DNA from: Octopus sinensis
Lineage: Eukaryota
Assembly (NCBI RefSeq): GCF_006345805.1
Contig: NC_042999.1
Span: forward strand, 101,122,001 to 101,186,000
Direction: 5' to 3'
Length of the DNA: 64,000 nt
Shown here: positions 1 through 13,046 of the stretch, one piece after another
Position numbering within the stretch: the stretch's first letter is position 1
How the letters are laid out: each line of letters begins with the position of its first letter
The notes under the pieces: generated by a model
Databases searched by the model: none
What the model was told of the DNA's origin: nothing
What the model saw: only the letters and a program-made list of their open reading frames with translations
Made by a program: the position numbers and the translations under genes

Positions 1-180
1 TTTGTATCCTGTCATCTTCATTACACTGTATCTAATGTCAGGACACTTATCTTCCAAATACTTGTAAATGAGTATTTCAGGGAAACAATACACCACCTAA
101 AGCAGCAGAGCAATGAAAACCATTAAATGAGTCATCAGCCAGAAGGCAATGAGAAATTACTCCAGCATAAACTTCCTTAA

Positions 181-394
181 CCCTTTAATGTTCAGATTAC
201 TCTGTTAAATGTAATGCTTTTTCACTCAAATTGTTTTGAATTAATTATACATTATCTCATAGCTTTGAAATCTCAATGATGTGAATATTTTTTGAATGTC
301 AATGTAGGTTAGGTGCGAGAGGCTAGATATGGCTAGTTGAAATATAAAATGTAGAATATTTGGGCCAGATGTGGCCGGTTTAAACACTAAAGGG
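181..394. mobile_element. piggyBac-like MITE with TTAA target-site duplication
   Basis: TTAA at 177-180 and 395-398 flank terminal inverted repeats CCCTTTAATGTT / AACACTAAAGGG (11/12 match). Related copies lie at 52591-52811 and 61015-61128. Confidence 0.75.
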
Positions 395-2234
395 TTAAAA
401 TAACAAGATGAATTCTTCAACCCAAAGGCTTACAAGACACTTGGTGATATTATTAGCACTTTGCAAGTATAAAATGTATTCATAAATTCATCAAAAGTTG
501 AACTTGGAAAACAAAGAGATCTTACTAGATCCACTGTAGCATACAGTCTGTTCTACACTCTAGTCACCTTTAATTATTATCATCAACCTTCATTTATTGC
601 AACAATGATTCTCATATATAAATGTTCTTAAAGAAGTATTATTCAATATTCAATTATTAACATTTTCTAACTACTGCTTGTCAATAATTAACATCTCTGA
701 GTCATTAAATTTTTTTATAATAATTGACATCTGTGCCAATGAAGGTAACAGTACTGTCACTGTCAGAAGTGAAGTCAGATATTTGGCAACAGCCCACTGG
801 CAATAGCAGTTTAGAATTTATGTTATCTTTAAATGCATAAATGAGCTGTCTCCAAAAACCTCTGAGGCTTATTAAACTGGTGATTAGTGCTACACTGAGA
901 AGTATTAAGTAGTCAAGAAGTGAATCTTTCGTATGCAAGGTTATATTCCTAGAGGATCTTATGCTTATTTCTCACAAATGAGGAAATTAAAATATGCAGA
1001 ATTAAATGTCCTTGGACAGTATTAAACAACAGCAGCATAATTAACCCAAGACACAGTCAATACATTTTGCATTTTTCTCTAATTAAGTGCTAAAAAAGTA
1101 ACTGTTATAAAAAACAGGATTAGATAAATCGCAAAATATAAACACTACAACATATCTTAGAAACAAGACACCTAGCTAATGACTTTATAGTATGAAGTTT
1201 GTATGCTAACCGGTTAATTTAGCCATGTTTCAAAAATTCATTTAGATACTTATTAATGAATGATAGATACCATTTCTAGAGTCTGCTTCACCTAAAAAAT
1301 AAGAATTCAGCTTCCTCACAATTTGAAGCTCCTGTAAATACAGAGAAGCTCATACCCTGCTATAAAAATATTAGGCAGTAAACAGCATTTATATATTTTA
1401 GGCTGATTAATATAAATGACCTTTCTGGTACTGCTTGATAAGAAGTAAAACAAAGAGGCTTAAAGTAGTGGCTAGACCCTAAACTCATTTGACCATAGGG
1501 AGAGCACTAAAATTCCATTTCATTTGGTGCATCTTAGGTATATGATCTTTCTCTAAGCTATACTTACAGTAAGAGTTATAAGCCACTTGTCAATCTAATG
1601 CAGTTTGCCAGTAATTTCATCTACATTTTTTGCTATGTTTTCAATATTTTCTATTCAGTTTACATGGTTGTTATTTCACATAAAGTACATGAGAATTTTT
1701 AGTGCTGTTCATATTATTTTATGCATATTCAGAATTTTTGAAAGAGTAAATGAAATAGATAAGAACATCTGAAACTCTTATACATTTTATCACTCAACAT
1801 TTTATCATTAAGAATTGTTTGGCAGTAACACTCTTAGGTCAGAGTAAAGATTTCATTCATAAAAATGTTCTTTAATAGATCAACTATTAAAAATTACCTG
1901 GGCTCAACATTACATTTTGACCTTAATGTATTTTCTGAACTCTGTTGCTGTTTTGTCTTTAGTCAGCTTTGATCAAGAAACCTATGCCGAAAGTTGTGCC
2001 AGCATTGAGCAACATATGGGTTTTTTTGTCTTAGTTATAGTGTATCTAAAACTACATAACCTAATATGTTCCTTCATCATTTTAAAGACAGCAGAGTGTG
2101 ATTTTAGGAAGATTTGATTGTTATTTCTAGCAGCTTAAATGACTATGTAGAAACTTTCTCATTTGCCTAAACATGTTCAAATTTCATTGGTAACTCCTGA
2201 ATATTATTAGACCTTCCCTCCTTATATAGGATGA

Positions 2235-2263
2235 CTAGCAGAGGCACCTAGCGTTGCCCAGGG
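2235..2263 (-). mobile_element. Helitron 3' terminus (subterminal hairpin + CTAG)
   Basis: Minus strand reads CCCTGGGCAACGCTAGGTGCCTCTGCTAG|T. It has the same architecture as the 3' end of the element at 38823-39124 and is on the same strand as the RepHel relic at 3420-4490. Confidence 0.6.
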
Positions 2264-2504
2264 ATGAAATTATTCCTTATATATTGGAAGGAAAATGCAA
2301 AATTTGTCGTATAGAAATTTATTACTCTAAATTTAATTTATTCTTCAATTGGGAAATCAATTCTGAATTCATAATACAAAAATGAGCTTGTTTGTAAGTT
2401 TGTCCAAAATCATGCAATGAGGAAGTAGCAGTGTAAGTAAGAGTAAAAAAGAGAAGGGACAAAATGGTAATAATGATGAGAGAGGGAGTGGTATCAAACA
2501 GTGC

Positions 2505-2685
2505 CTCTCACTCTCTCTCTCAACAAAAACCTTTTCACTTTATTGATGAATGCTACCTCTCTCTCTTTCTCTCTCTATCTACAGATACACACACACACTC
2601 TCTCTCTCTCTCTCACTCTCTTTTTCACTCACTCACTCTCTCTCTCTCTTTCTTTTTCACTCTCTCTCTCTCTCTCTCTCTCTCA
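2505..2685. repeat. compound (CT)n/(CA)n microsatellite
   Basis: Directly visible CT and CA runs. Confidence 0.9.
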
Positions 2686-3419
2686 ACATCATTTTCATTC
2701 AAATATAAGATAAGTAAATAAGTAGTAATTTTTAAGTCATAGAATTAAGATATCTTCCATTGAAAGAAAGCTTAACAGTATTGTCTATTTAAAGAAGGTA
2801 ATTATGAATATTTACAAATACTTGCTTATACCGTGATGTTTGTAAATATTTATGAATGAAGAATTTTGCTAAGTTGGTGAAGTTTGTCTTCAAGATCTTT
2901 TTCCGATTCAGGCAGTAAAGAGAGTGAGAGAGACAGAGACAGACAGAGATAGAGAACATGTAGACGTTGCTGGAAAAACAAATAAGTCTGTGTGTATGCT
3001 GTTAATGTAATCCTGTGTAATTTTGGACTTTGTATGGTTACGTATAAAAAACACACACACACACACACACACAAATATACCCATTTGTTTTGAAGTTTGT
3101 ATTCTGTTGTATTAAATATACTCATCCACCTGCTATGGAGAATGAATCAGACAGAAGGTGATGGTTAACCAGAGAGAGACAAAGGCAAAGAATCGAAAGA
3201 GAGAGAATATTGAGAAGAATGGAAGAATAATGGTTAATACTGAAACAGACCATCCAAAACAAGGTGAACTCATTGCTGGTAGGGTTTTCACTAGAAACGT
3301 GGTGTTGAAGCAATTACTGAGATAAAGGTAGTAATGCTTTTATTTTAATTTTATTTTCCATATCACTTTCTGATGACATGGGTATACTAGTAATAATAAT
3401 AATAATAATAAAGGAAAAA

Positions 3420-4490
3420 TTTTATCATATGCACAGTGCTGTTCTAGAAAGGTTCATGTTCATTCACAAATGCAGCCAAGTCTGATGTCATAATTTGTCT
3501 CTCTTGCTATGTCTCTTCAAGTTAGATCACTAATTTGATGGTTTGTTTTTGGCAATCCAGAGCCAGGCTCATGCAAATTGTTGCCTCCCATGACCAAAAC
3601 TTGATCCTCAGTTTCAATCAGTGTTTGGTTAAAAATTATTTCAGAGAATTGCATATTGATATCTGGGTTTGCCTGTTGAATTGCATACTTTAAGTCCTCA
3701 GCCATGTCCTCACAATGTTTCAACCAAAGCTGTAGGAGACTGCCAAGTTGACACATGTTCAGTATAATTGGAAAATCTGATAGTGATGCTTCAGTCAATG
3801 CAAGGTCCCAATGCTCATTATTTTCTAAAAAAACCTTGTTGATAGCATGCTTTCCTATAAGTTTCACACACATGACTATTTACACTCTTCAAATCTTGGA
3901 ATGATTTGGAACCACGTACTTCATGCAAAAGGAATTGTAAGTAATACCATTTTTCTTGACTTGGGGGTATACTGTAAACTCTTGCAAGATCATCAGCCCT
4001 ATGTTTCCTCTTGTGCCATTTATTGTTTCTCCAGGTGTAATACTTGGGTAATTATGGGTTAAAAGAATTTTCTTGCATCTTCATCTACTTGACACATCTT
4101 AAAAAAAGGCAGTAAGGGTAGTTTCTTTTTGAGAAAGTGTTTGTTGCTAGGCTGTTTGTTTTGTAAAGATAATCCTGTGGCCATTCTCTAGATGGACGTT
4201 CAGATGAATGATGGCTGGGTGCTTCTCATAAATGGGAAAATTGTAGATGTGCCAAAAAGCCACATATATCTTCCTCTGTCATACAGTGCATCTTCATCAT
4301 TTTTATTTATCTGCTGACTGCCATTCTGCATAACAGTGTATGTTGCAGCATCTAAATCTTTGTTTATATATTTGCAAACATACTTAATAGAGTTAATAGA
4401 GTTGCAGAATTCAACATTGACTCCAGCTATCTGTACTCGTCTTTGCTTCTCTGTAGAATACTGATCATCTACATCTACCCCAACTCCCCT
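3420..4490 (-). pseudogene. degraded Helitron RepHel fragment (Rep C-terminus and Rep-helicase linker)
   Basis: ORF 4200-4508 has VNVEFCNSINSIKYVCKYINK (Helitron Rep two-tyrosine motif). ORF 3517-3873 has FLENNEHWDLALTEASLSDFP. Frameshifts and stops lie between them. Confidence 0.85.
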
Positions 4491-4619
4491 TGCAGAGTGT
4501 GAGAACATTGTTCTCGGTAACTTCTGTGAAAATTAAAATGGGGATTAAATGAAAAAAAATGAGTTACGTGAATATCTTCACAAGAGTGATTGGAATACAT
4601 GGCGATAGTGGAATGCCCC

Positions 4620-4632
4620 ATGCATGCACATG

Positions 4633-4670
<38 letters not shown>

Positions 4671-4832
4671 CACACAAACATACAGTGTCAAACATCAGAT
4701 GAAATGGATATGGGAGATAGAATGAGAGAAAAGGTGTGTTGTCATGTATACATACATACACAAATATACACACATCTTTTTGTATGTATATGTGCATGAG
4801 AGAGAGGGTGAGTGAATGTCACTTAGACATCA

Positions 4833-4872
<40 letters not shown>

Positions 4873-5085
4873 CACACATACAAAAAAGATGTATACATAT
4901 GTATTTATGTATGTACGTATACACAACACACTCCTTGACTGACTCATTCTCTCTCTCTCTCTCTCTCTCACATAAACACACATAAATAAACGTATGCATA
5001 CATATAAAAGCACATGTGTGTATGTGTGACTGACTTGTATGTGTGTGTGTGTAAGAGAGAGAGAGAGAGAGGGAGAGAGAACACT
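4620..5085. repeat. cluster of (CA)n, (CT)n and (GA)n microsatellites
   Basis: Directly visible. It generates the low-complexity ORFs listed at 4475-5278. Confidence 0.9.
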
Positions 5086-6599
5086 GCAAACAATGAATGA
5101 AGTAGACATGAAATGAAAAATTGTATAAATAAAAGCTCGTGAACTTATTAGATATTTCTTTCAGTAATTTATCGTAGTTGTTTGCAAATAGTGAATTAAA
5201 ACTTGAAATGAAAACATCGAAATTGAGAGTGAGAGACTCTACAAATGAAAACAGAAAATTCCGCTGTTGCTTCATCAATACCAGAAGTTGACATTAAAAA
5301 ACCTTTTTAAAGAAGTGAATCATATATATAAAGCAATATTATTTATTTTTAATAAAAAAATAAACTGAAGACCCTATTATGTATCCAAGGTCAAATTATT
5401 CATATATCCCAAGTATGGAAGTAATTTGTTCTGCTGTTTTCACGTGAAAAGTGAATACACACACACACAGGTATATTTTATTTAAGAAGATTATTCTTGT
5501 AATAGAAAAATATTAGAATTTAATCACTCTACTGTTTGCTCCACAGAAGTTGTCACTTTCTGTGCTATCAACAGTGAATCTGATGTTATTCAGGAACATT
5601 TTAAATAGGAATTTTAGTGATAGAATCATGTATAGTGCATCATTCTTACCAGCTGGACAATGTCAGCAGTTTATGATTTGCTATCTGATACACATTCTCT
5701 TCATAGCTAAGACTCATTACTTTCAGTAGAAATGTTCACCTAGGGAAGTTTAAGTAGATTCTTCACTCATTATATTTTCTCACTGTGAAAAGCTCCAACA
5801 CTATTGTTCATTGGCTTACAAAGCTGAGTTTATCTTCTTATAAGAAAAGCTGCTTATAGAAGCCTGGCATCCCAACCAGGGAGATATTTATATTTCATCT
5901 ACTTAACACTTTACTCAAATTGAATATTGGTTATATGGATTTTTTTTTTTTGTCATCCAAAGACAATTAACATCTATTTCAGGTGAAATTCAGTGAGAAA
6001 ATTTCCATTTTTAATGCATATGAGAGGAAATAAGGAAAAAAATTCAAGGGAAAAAAAGGTTCTTTTATGCATGATAAATGATTAATTAGAAAGAAGTAAC
6101 TTTTTTGAGCAATCAAAGAAAAGCATGGAACAAAATAAAACAAAATTGATCAAACTACAAACATTTTATATACAGCATAAAGTAGATGCCATAAAATGAA
6201 AATTATATAGCTTTGCTTATAGCATAGAAATTCCATTCTGTAAGCAGAAGCATTAATATTAAAATATTGCTAATTTGTGCAGTGAATCTTAAAAAGACAT
6301 AAAAACAACCTAACTCTTTCAATAAGAATCCAACAATACAAACCAATTTATCTGAAACCTATTTAAGCATTCAGGTTCTAGATAAAAATTAAAACTGAAC
6401 TTCTAATATGCAAATCTCAGTTTAATAAAACTGAAACAGTTTTAATTCAGGTTAGTAACCCAGCTTTCATAATTCTCATGCTCAACATGTAACTAAATTT
6501 TTATACAGTGTCTTACTGTTTCAATTAATTTAACCCTAGAAGTCATAGAAATTTAGAAACTACTGAAGGTAACAAAAATAATTTCAGGGGATAAACCCT

Positions 6600-6790
6600 A
6601 GTACAGTTATGGTTATGTAGTTAAGAAGTTAATTTCGCAATCATGCAGTTTCAGGTTCAATTTCACAATGCAATAGCTTGACCACTTTGGTCCTAGGTCA
6701 AGCAAAGCCTTTGAGAGGTTCTGGGAGATGGAAATTGAAAGTAACCTGTAATTTTGTTGCCAGTGTATGATACTGTGTATACACATATAC
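6600..6790 (+). mobile_element. degenerate tRNA-derived SINE, family A, 5' part
   Basis: Diverged match to the head of the family-A copy at 46154-46558 (GGTTATGTAGTTAAGAAG...CAAAGCCTTTGAG...GGAAATTGAAAG). Confidence 0.5.
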
Positions 6791-7243
6791 ACAAAACAAT
6801 GATGATGGCAATGGCAGGGACAGCAACACTTATGCCATAGATGAGGAAACCCCTACTCAAAAGAAACTAGTTTCTCTATGGACTATGGAATGGGAGAAAA
6901 AAATGCAAGAAATATTATGGGCAACTAAGCAGACTTTTTTTTAAATCGAATCTGCTTTAAAAAAGAGTCTCTACATAAGAAAATTATGAAATATGGATGT
7001 CTCAATATATTTTGTTAATATTTTACATGAATTTTCCTTGATAGCTTGGGCCCTATGTTTTTGCTTGAAGCATGAAAATAGTTGCAAAGAAGTCATGCAG
7101 AGATAAGTGCATTCCCAAGGGTACAACCCACTGACTTTATAGCTTCAGAATCATGTTTCATTATTATGCACACACATTAATACATGTACATGAGCCCACA
7201 AAATTCATAGAAAAATAAAAAAAAGAAAGAAAGAAGTCCCTAC

Positions 7244-7372
7244 CTTGCTGTTACGGTCATTGATAAGTTCAATTGACCAACGACCTTCATGTTTTATCCA
7301 CACAAAAATGATACCATGTGCATCACAAGTAGCCAATTTTTGATATGGCTCATTCCATCTTACAAGAACAAC
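7244..7372 (-). CDS. TULP4: internal coding exon of tubby-related protein 4 (TULP4/Tusp), WD40 region
   Basis: Translates to VVLVRWNEPYQKLATCDAHGIIFVWIKHEGRWSIELINDRNSK (43 aa), closely matching recalled human TULP4 VVLVRWNEPYQKLATCDADGGIFVWIQYEGRWSVELVNDRGAQ. The acceptor is TTTTTGCAG (7373-7381), the donor is GTAGGG (7238-7243), and the exon is 129 nt with phase 0/0. Confidence 0.95.
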
Positions 7373-7634
7373 CTGCAAAAACAAAATGTCCAATATGAAA
7401 TCTCCAATACAGCAGTTTCATTTTGAATAAATGTATATTTAACAGTATCAAAGGTAAAGTTCAATCAAAATACAGTTGTGCTAATGTTGCTGCATAACTT
7501 TTCTAGCAATAGTTACATTGATGCATACATCAATTTTACATTATCCTGCTTTTACATTTATTTCTGCAAGACTCCTGTTTAGACTCCTTTAAACTCTAAA
7601 TTCATTAGTTGGGTAATGCAGATTTGTGAACTTG

Positions 7635-7682
7635 CTTCTTCATCTTCTTCTTCTTCTTCTTATTATTATTATTATTATTATT

Positions 7683-7751
<69 letters not shown>

Positions 7752-7878
7752 AAGAAGAAGAAAGAAGAAGAAGAAGAAGAAGAAGAAGAAGAAGAAGAAG
7801 AAGAAGAAGAAGAAGAAGAAGAAGAAGAAGAAGAAGAAGAATAATGATGATGATGATGATGATAATAATAATAATAAT
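7635..7878. repeat. compound trinucleotide microsatellite (CTT)(ATT)(AAT)(AAG)(GAT)(AAT)
   Basis: Directly visible. It produces the homopolymer ORFs at 7626-7962. Confidence 0.95.
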
Positions 7879-7879
7879 G

Positions 7880-8700
7880 TCTAATGCAATAATGTTAATG
7901 AAATTGAGACCAACAGTTGAAAGTCTTTCACTCAGCAGGTGCCTTGTAGTTGAGTAGCACAAGCTTGGTCATCATCCAGAGACTGCTCATAAGTCAAAGG
8001 CAGAGAAAAAGGTGGGACAAGAAGGTAAAGTGAACTGTAATTAAGTGCTGGATCAGAAGTGAACCCAGGAGAAGGGGCTTCTAAAAATGTATGAAATTAA
8101 AATGGGATGGAATAGGATTTGACAAAATCACCACTTATAGAGTGAATGAATGCATTTGACTTGCCCAAAACCAATATAAGTTGTGGTGACATGTTGCATT
8201 GGAAACTGTGTGAGAAGTGGGGGTTAGAGAGACACAAGACATGGTAAGAACATAAACCACAGAGAGTGGTGGTGTTAGTCCTGTAAAATCCTGTGAGATT
8301 TCCCAATCCAAATGGACAAGGCAAACCACATGTGCTTTATAATTGTTGTTCTGTGCCCCTCTGATCCACAAATAGTTAAGAAGGAAGGCAAAAATTAGAT
8401 ATATACAATCCTCTTATATATGAAACAGCTTGACTATGGTAAATGAAAAAGATGAAAATAGTGCCAATTATTGTTGGGGCTTTGTAGACAGTATTAGAAA
8501 GTGTTAAGAAGAATATAAAGGAAATGTGAAAAGAGTGCCCAGTAGAACTGTTGTAAAAATTTTGCCTCCTTGGCACAGCTAGAATCATCTAGAAAGTATT
8601 AGATAGCTGATGGTACTGTAGGCTACAGGTAGGAACCAGCTACTCACGGAAGACTCTAGGAGTTCCAACAAAACCTGAGTTAGAAGAATGATAATAAAAA
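7880..8700 (+). mobile_element. degenerate 3' part of a restriction-like-endonuclease non-LTR retrotransposon (HERO/NeSL-like)
   Basis: Frame fragments ECI*LAQNQYKLW, HWKLCEKWGLE, KIVPIIVGAL and CPVELL*KFCLLGTARII*KVLDS* match the zinc-knuckle/REL C-terminus of this group. Confidence 0.7.
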
Positions 8701-10331
8701 CAGTTTTCAAGCAGGGAAACAAAATATTTGTTAAGTAATAAGTGAAACAATTTCATAAACTCCTGAAATGACCAGTACAAAAAAATTTTTTATATATTGA
8801 ACTAGTTACACAAAAGGGGAGTTGAATTGAAGCAGTAATTTTGTTCACATCAGCAAAAATATCAATATATATAACGTCATAAAAAAAAATTTTACTTTAT
8901 ATTTGTAAAAAAAAAATACAATATATTTTTTAAATATCAGATTTTATATGCAACATAAAATCAAATTAAAATTAACTTTGGTAGCTTTTATTGTTTAGTT
9001 CCCAGATCAACTTTGATCAAGGAAAGCTATGATCAAAACCGTTTCAGCCATGAACAACCCATCATTTTAGAAGGATCTAGGATCGTATTATCTGGTATGT
9101 GCATTTTCATAAGACAGTTAGGTGTGTTCCAGGGTGTTTTGGATGTGATTTGTAGTAAGTGATTAAACTAATGCCCAAAACTTGGAGTACAATGGAGTAT
9201 TAAAACTGTACCCATTAAATATTAAACTAGGCTTAACATTGCCTTAAATATTAGCATTCATAATTAAAAAATTTTTTTTTACTAGGTTTTCTTTCATCAT
9301 ATAAATTTTTAAACTTTAATTTTGAATGATAGTTTAATAAGAAAATATGCATTTTGCAATATTTTACTGTCTACAAGGAACAAATCTGACTGTCTAACTG
9401 CAACAATATGAACACATCTTGAGAGTTAGTTACTGGTAGTTTCTTATTTTTCATCTGATAACAGTTTAGTTCTATCTTATCTCCATTAGTGTTACCATGT
9501 TGGCACCATCAATTTTCATTACTTTTCTCAGTGCATCTCTGTTGTGTAGCTCTTGACAGAATAACAGGCACAATCTTTCTTTTACAAATGGTCTTTTCAA
9601 ATCTTCTTCCAGTAACTTGTGACACAAAAAAATTTGATACTAAATTATAAACCACACATTAAATTTTTCTTTCACCTGAAGTCTTTTTGTTCTAAAATAT
9701 GTAATTAAAAAGCACTCACAAGAGGTGTTTATCAAAATTAGATGTTGACATAGTTTGGAGAGTAATAAAAGAAGTTAAGTAGCTATCTACATTGAATTAA
9801 AGCAACTAATTCAGGCTGGTCATTATAGAATCAATTAAATCATCAAAGTTGTCAAGTTAAGCAAATAGAGGATTATTTGAAACTAAACTGAAAATTATTT
9901 AAGCAGTATAAGACATTTGTGATTTATAGCATTACAATAGTCTAAAATATATTCTCTAACTTTCAGAAATGATGAAATAAGGGAAGGTGACTAATTTTAG
10001 ATTGTTACTATGCAGATCTAAACAGATTTATTTGTAAAATACTACAACTCAAAATATTATCTTTCTAGATATGTATTTATTTACAAGTTGATATTTACAA
10101 TTGTAAATTAAATTAATGCGCATATGTATGGGAGCTGGTTATATTTCTTTAAATTTAAAGAAAAAACTGACCAGCAGTTTTGAAAAGTAAAATAATGGGA
10201 TGTGTTCTGAAAAGCAAAATGTCAGTAATGGTTTGCAGCAATACTAATAATGCAAAACCAGACAAATGAGATGTACAATACTATCCTGACTTTATTAAGC
10301 AATAGTTTCAAAAATATCATTGGCATAACAT

Positions 10332-10525
10332 ATCAATGGTAGAATAAATTTACTAATACAAAATATCAATGATATGATATGTCAATGATAGGAAACAACA
10401 GTGATACAAATACAAAATTAATGTTAGATATCTGTTTTAAAAATCAATGATATAAAATAAAAATCAATAATATAAAACGAAAATCAATGATGAAAAAAAT
10501 AATCAATGTAAAATAAATCAATGAT
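10332..10525. repeat. degenerate ~20-bp minisatellite built on ATCAAT
   Basis: ATCAAT at 10332, 10365, 10443, 10463, 10483, 10502 and 10517, plus GTCAAT at 10381. Confidence 0.7.
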
Positions 10526-11188
10526 AAATAATTACTAAATGGTGAATACAAAAGCCCACACTTACATCGTATGTACAAATTTCTCTATTCCAGAATTTGA
10601 CATTTATACTTAAGAAAATATATATTTTATTTGAAAGATTTGAACGTTGACTGTCAAAATTACTTTTTTAAAATTTCAATTTAGATGTTCCTTCCTCCTA
10701 TCAGTTTCAAATGTACATGAAAAAGATGTTTTTGAAAACCATCAACTAAGATTTATTTCTATATTTAGTGAGATCTCAAGGGCACAGACCATACTTTCCA
10801 CCCTGTAGATTTAGCACACACATACACATGCAGATCATTGTTTTAAAAGAGATGGTGTTCATAAATAAAGTCATTAGCAAAAGTTGGAAGCTGAAATTCA
10901 ATGAGGCAAAAGAAGAATGAAACAGGAGAAAAACATAAAATTCCATTGCACGGGAAATTAAACAGCACAAAATACCTGAAGGAAAGACAAATAAACATTG
11001 CTGAGAATACAATGATGATGATATATTCAAATACTAGAATCATGAAATACATACAATATTGACTAAAAGTGAACTACAATATAAAACATTCACTAAAAGT
11101 GAATCTCATAGCAGTCTTACTAAGATGCTATTCAGCAAATAGGATAATCAAGAAAAATCTAAAGGTAGCATGTACAATTTATACTATA

Positions 11189-11215
11189 CTAGCAACAATA
11201 CCTGGCTTTGCCTGC
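11189..11215 (-). mobile_element. short Helitron 3'-end remnant
   Basis: ACTAGCAACAATACCTGGCTTTGCCTG resembles the reverse complement of the hairpin+CTAG end at 39097-39124. Confidence 0.4.
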
Positions 11216-12660
11216 ATTTATAAAACATATCACCAGGCTTATAACTTTGAAATGATGTACACCTACTCAAAATTTTAGCTACCTAAATTAAATAAATCTA
11301 TGACCTACAGTATTTCGAACATATATACATACATTTACTTTTATACATTAATATCAAATAACATATTTCTTTAGCTAAAAATAAGAGAAAGACAAATACA
11401 TCATTCTGAATAAGTGATTCAGTACAATTTTTACTGAATCCTTAAGTTGTTTGACCTCTCCTGATCAGACATATTCAGCAATTGGCAGACAACCTTACTA
11501 ACCTTCATCAATGATTTACCAATATTTACCATCAGTTCTTATCTTTGACAGGTGAAATGAAGTATCTATGAAGGAAAGTGAGGACAGTGAAATGCTTACA
11601 ACAAACATTAGACTATTACACAGTTGTTTCCTATATACTCTATAGAAGAAAAGTTATATATCAAGGTATCAATAACTTCTATACAAAAAATAATAGCTTA
11701 AAAAATCTTATGTTTTTTTTTCCCCCACAATGATAAATTGTTGTAATTGATTTATAGTTTTGAAGTAACCTTAATGCAACCTGGTCAAATTTTAGTCACT
11801 TGCCACTTTTCACTAGTTTATTGGGGACAATGAGAAGAGTATCTTTCAGTTATGCATTGACTATATGAACTAGAACTCTAAACTATCCAAATTTTCTTCT
11901 CATCAGAATGCAACCAGAGTGGCTGTCCACTCACTCCTTTCTTGGTAGAATGTAGTTGTCTGTTCACTGTCTTCTCAGCAACTGAGAGCTAGAGCAGCAG
12001 CCCATTCATTCACTTCTATGAGCAATCTCTCTCTCTCTCTCTCTCTCCCTCTCTTTCTCTCTTCACAGAGAACTCAACCAGAATAGAGCTAGTCATTGTT
12101 CACTTTCATTTTGGCTGATTATAAGAAGACATGTTTCAGTTGAACATGACATCAATTTGCCATATCTGGATTATTATTTTATATAATTTTGGGTTTTGGT
12201 TATCAATTAAACAGCTTTTATCCAATAACGGGTCCAAAATCTTCCAAATTTATGTTCTAACTTTCTGCTTTCACTACACTGACTCAAAGACAGTATTTCA
12301 ATCAATGCAAGCCTAAAGTTGTCCCCTTTTTGGTCTAATGCCCCAGCTCTCTAGTTGGGTCCATTTACTTGTCACACAATAAAGCATAAATTACTACACA
12401 TTTCACCCCACTTATCAGCTCACTTCTTCCAGAAATAGAGCAGACCAGCTAAGAAGTAAGAACTAAGATGCAGGTATCAGTAGCCAACTCAGGTCAGACC
12501 TAGCAGAGCTCATACCAAGAGCACATGTGAACTCAACACTTATAAACCCATTACCTTTTCCAACTACAATTTACAATACAATTAAATTTTTTCACTTTAC
12601 TAACCAGCTATTTTTCACCAGAAAACATGTGACATCCAGATATGTAAATTGTTATGCTTA

Positions 12661-13046
12661 TTCTTTTATTTGTTTCAGTCATTTTGACTGTAGCCATGCT
12701 GGAGCACCACCTTTTAGTCAAAGAAATCAACTCCAGGGCTTATTCTTTGTAAGCCTAGTACTTATTCTATCAGTTCTTTTTTACTGAACCGCTAAGTTAC
12801 AGAGGACGTAAACACACCAACATCAGTTGTCAAGTGATGGGGGAGGGGGACAAACACAGACACACAATCATATACATATATATATATATATGACAGGCTT
12901 TTTTCAGCTTCTGTCTACCAAATCCACTCACAAGACTTTGGTTAGCCCGAAGCTATAGCAGAAGACACTTGCTCAGGTGCCATGCAGTGGGACCGAACAC
13001 GGAACCATGTGGTTGGTAAGCAAGCTACTTACCACACAGCCACTCC
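12661..13046 (-). mobile_element. tRNA-derived SINE, family A, near full length
   Basis: Minus strand has head GTGGCTGTGTGGTAAGTAGCTTGCTTACCAACCACATGG, a GAGCAAGTGTCTTC box, an internal (AT)n and tail GACTGAAACAAATAAAAG. It is collinear with 36203-36590, 37599-37993 and 62835-63607. Confidence 0.85.

Noticed and set aside
705-938. ORF containing QISDFT, resembling the start of the next TULP4 exon (QVSDFT)
   Set aside because: It continues SDSDST rather than WSHDG, has no further similarity, and has no matching splice acceptor.
7626-7962. Poly-N/K/E/I/L/S ORFs
   Set aside because: These are translations of the trinucleotide microsatellite.
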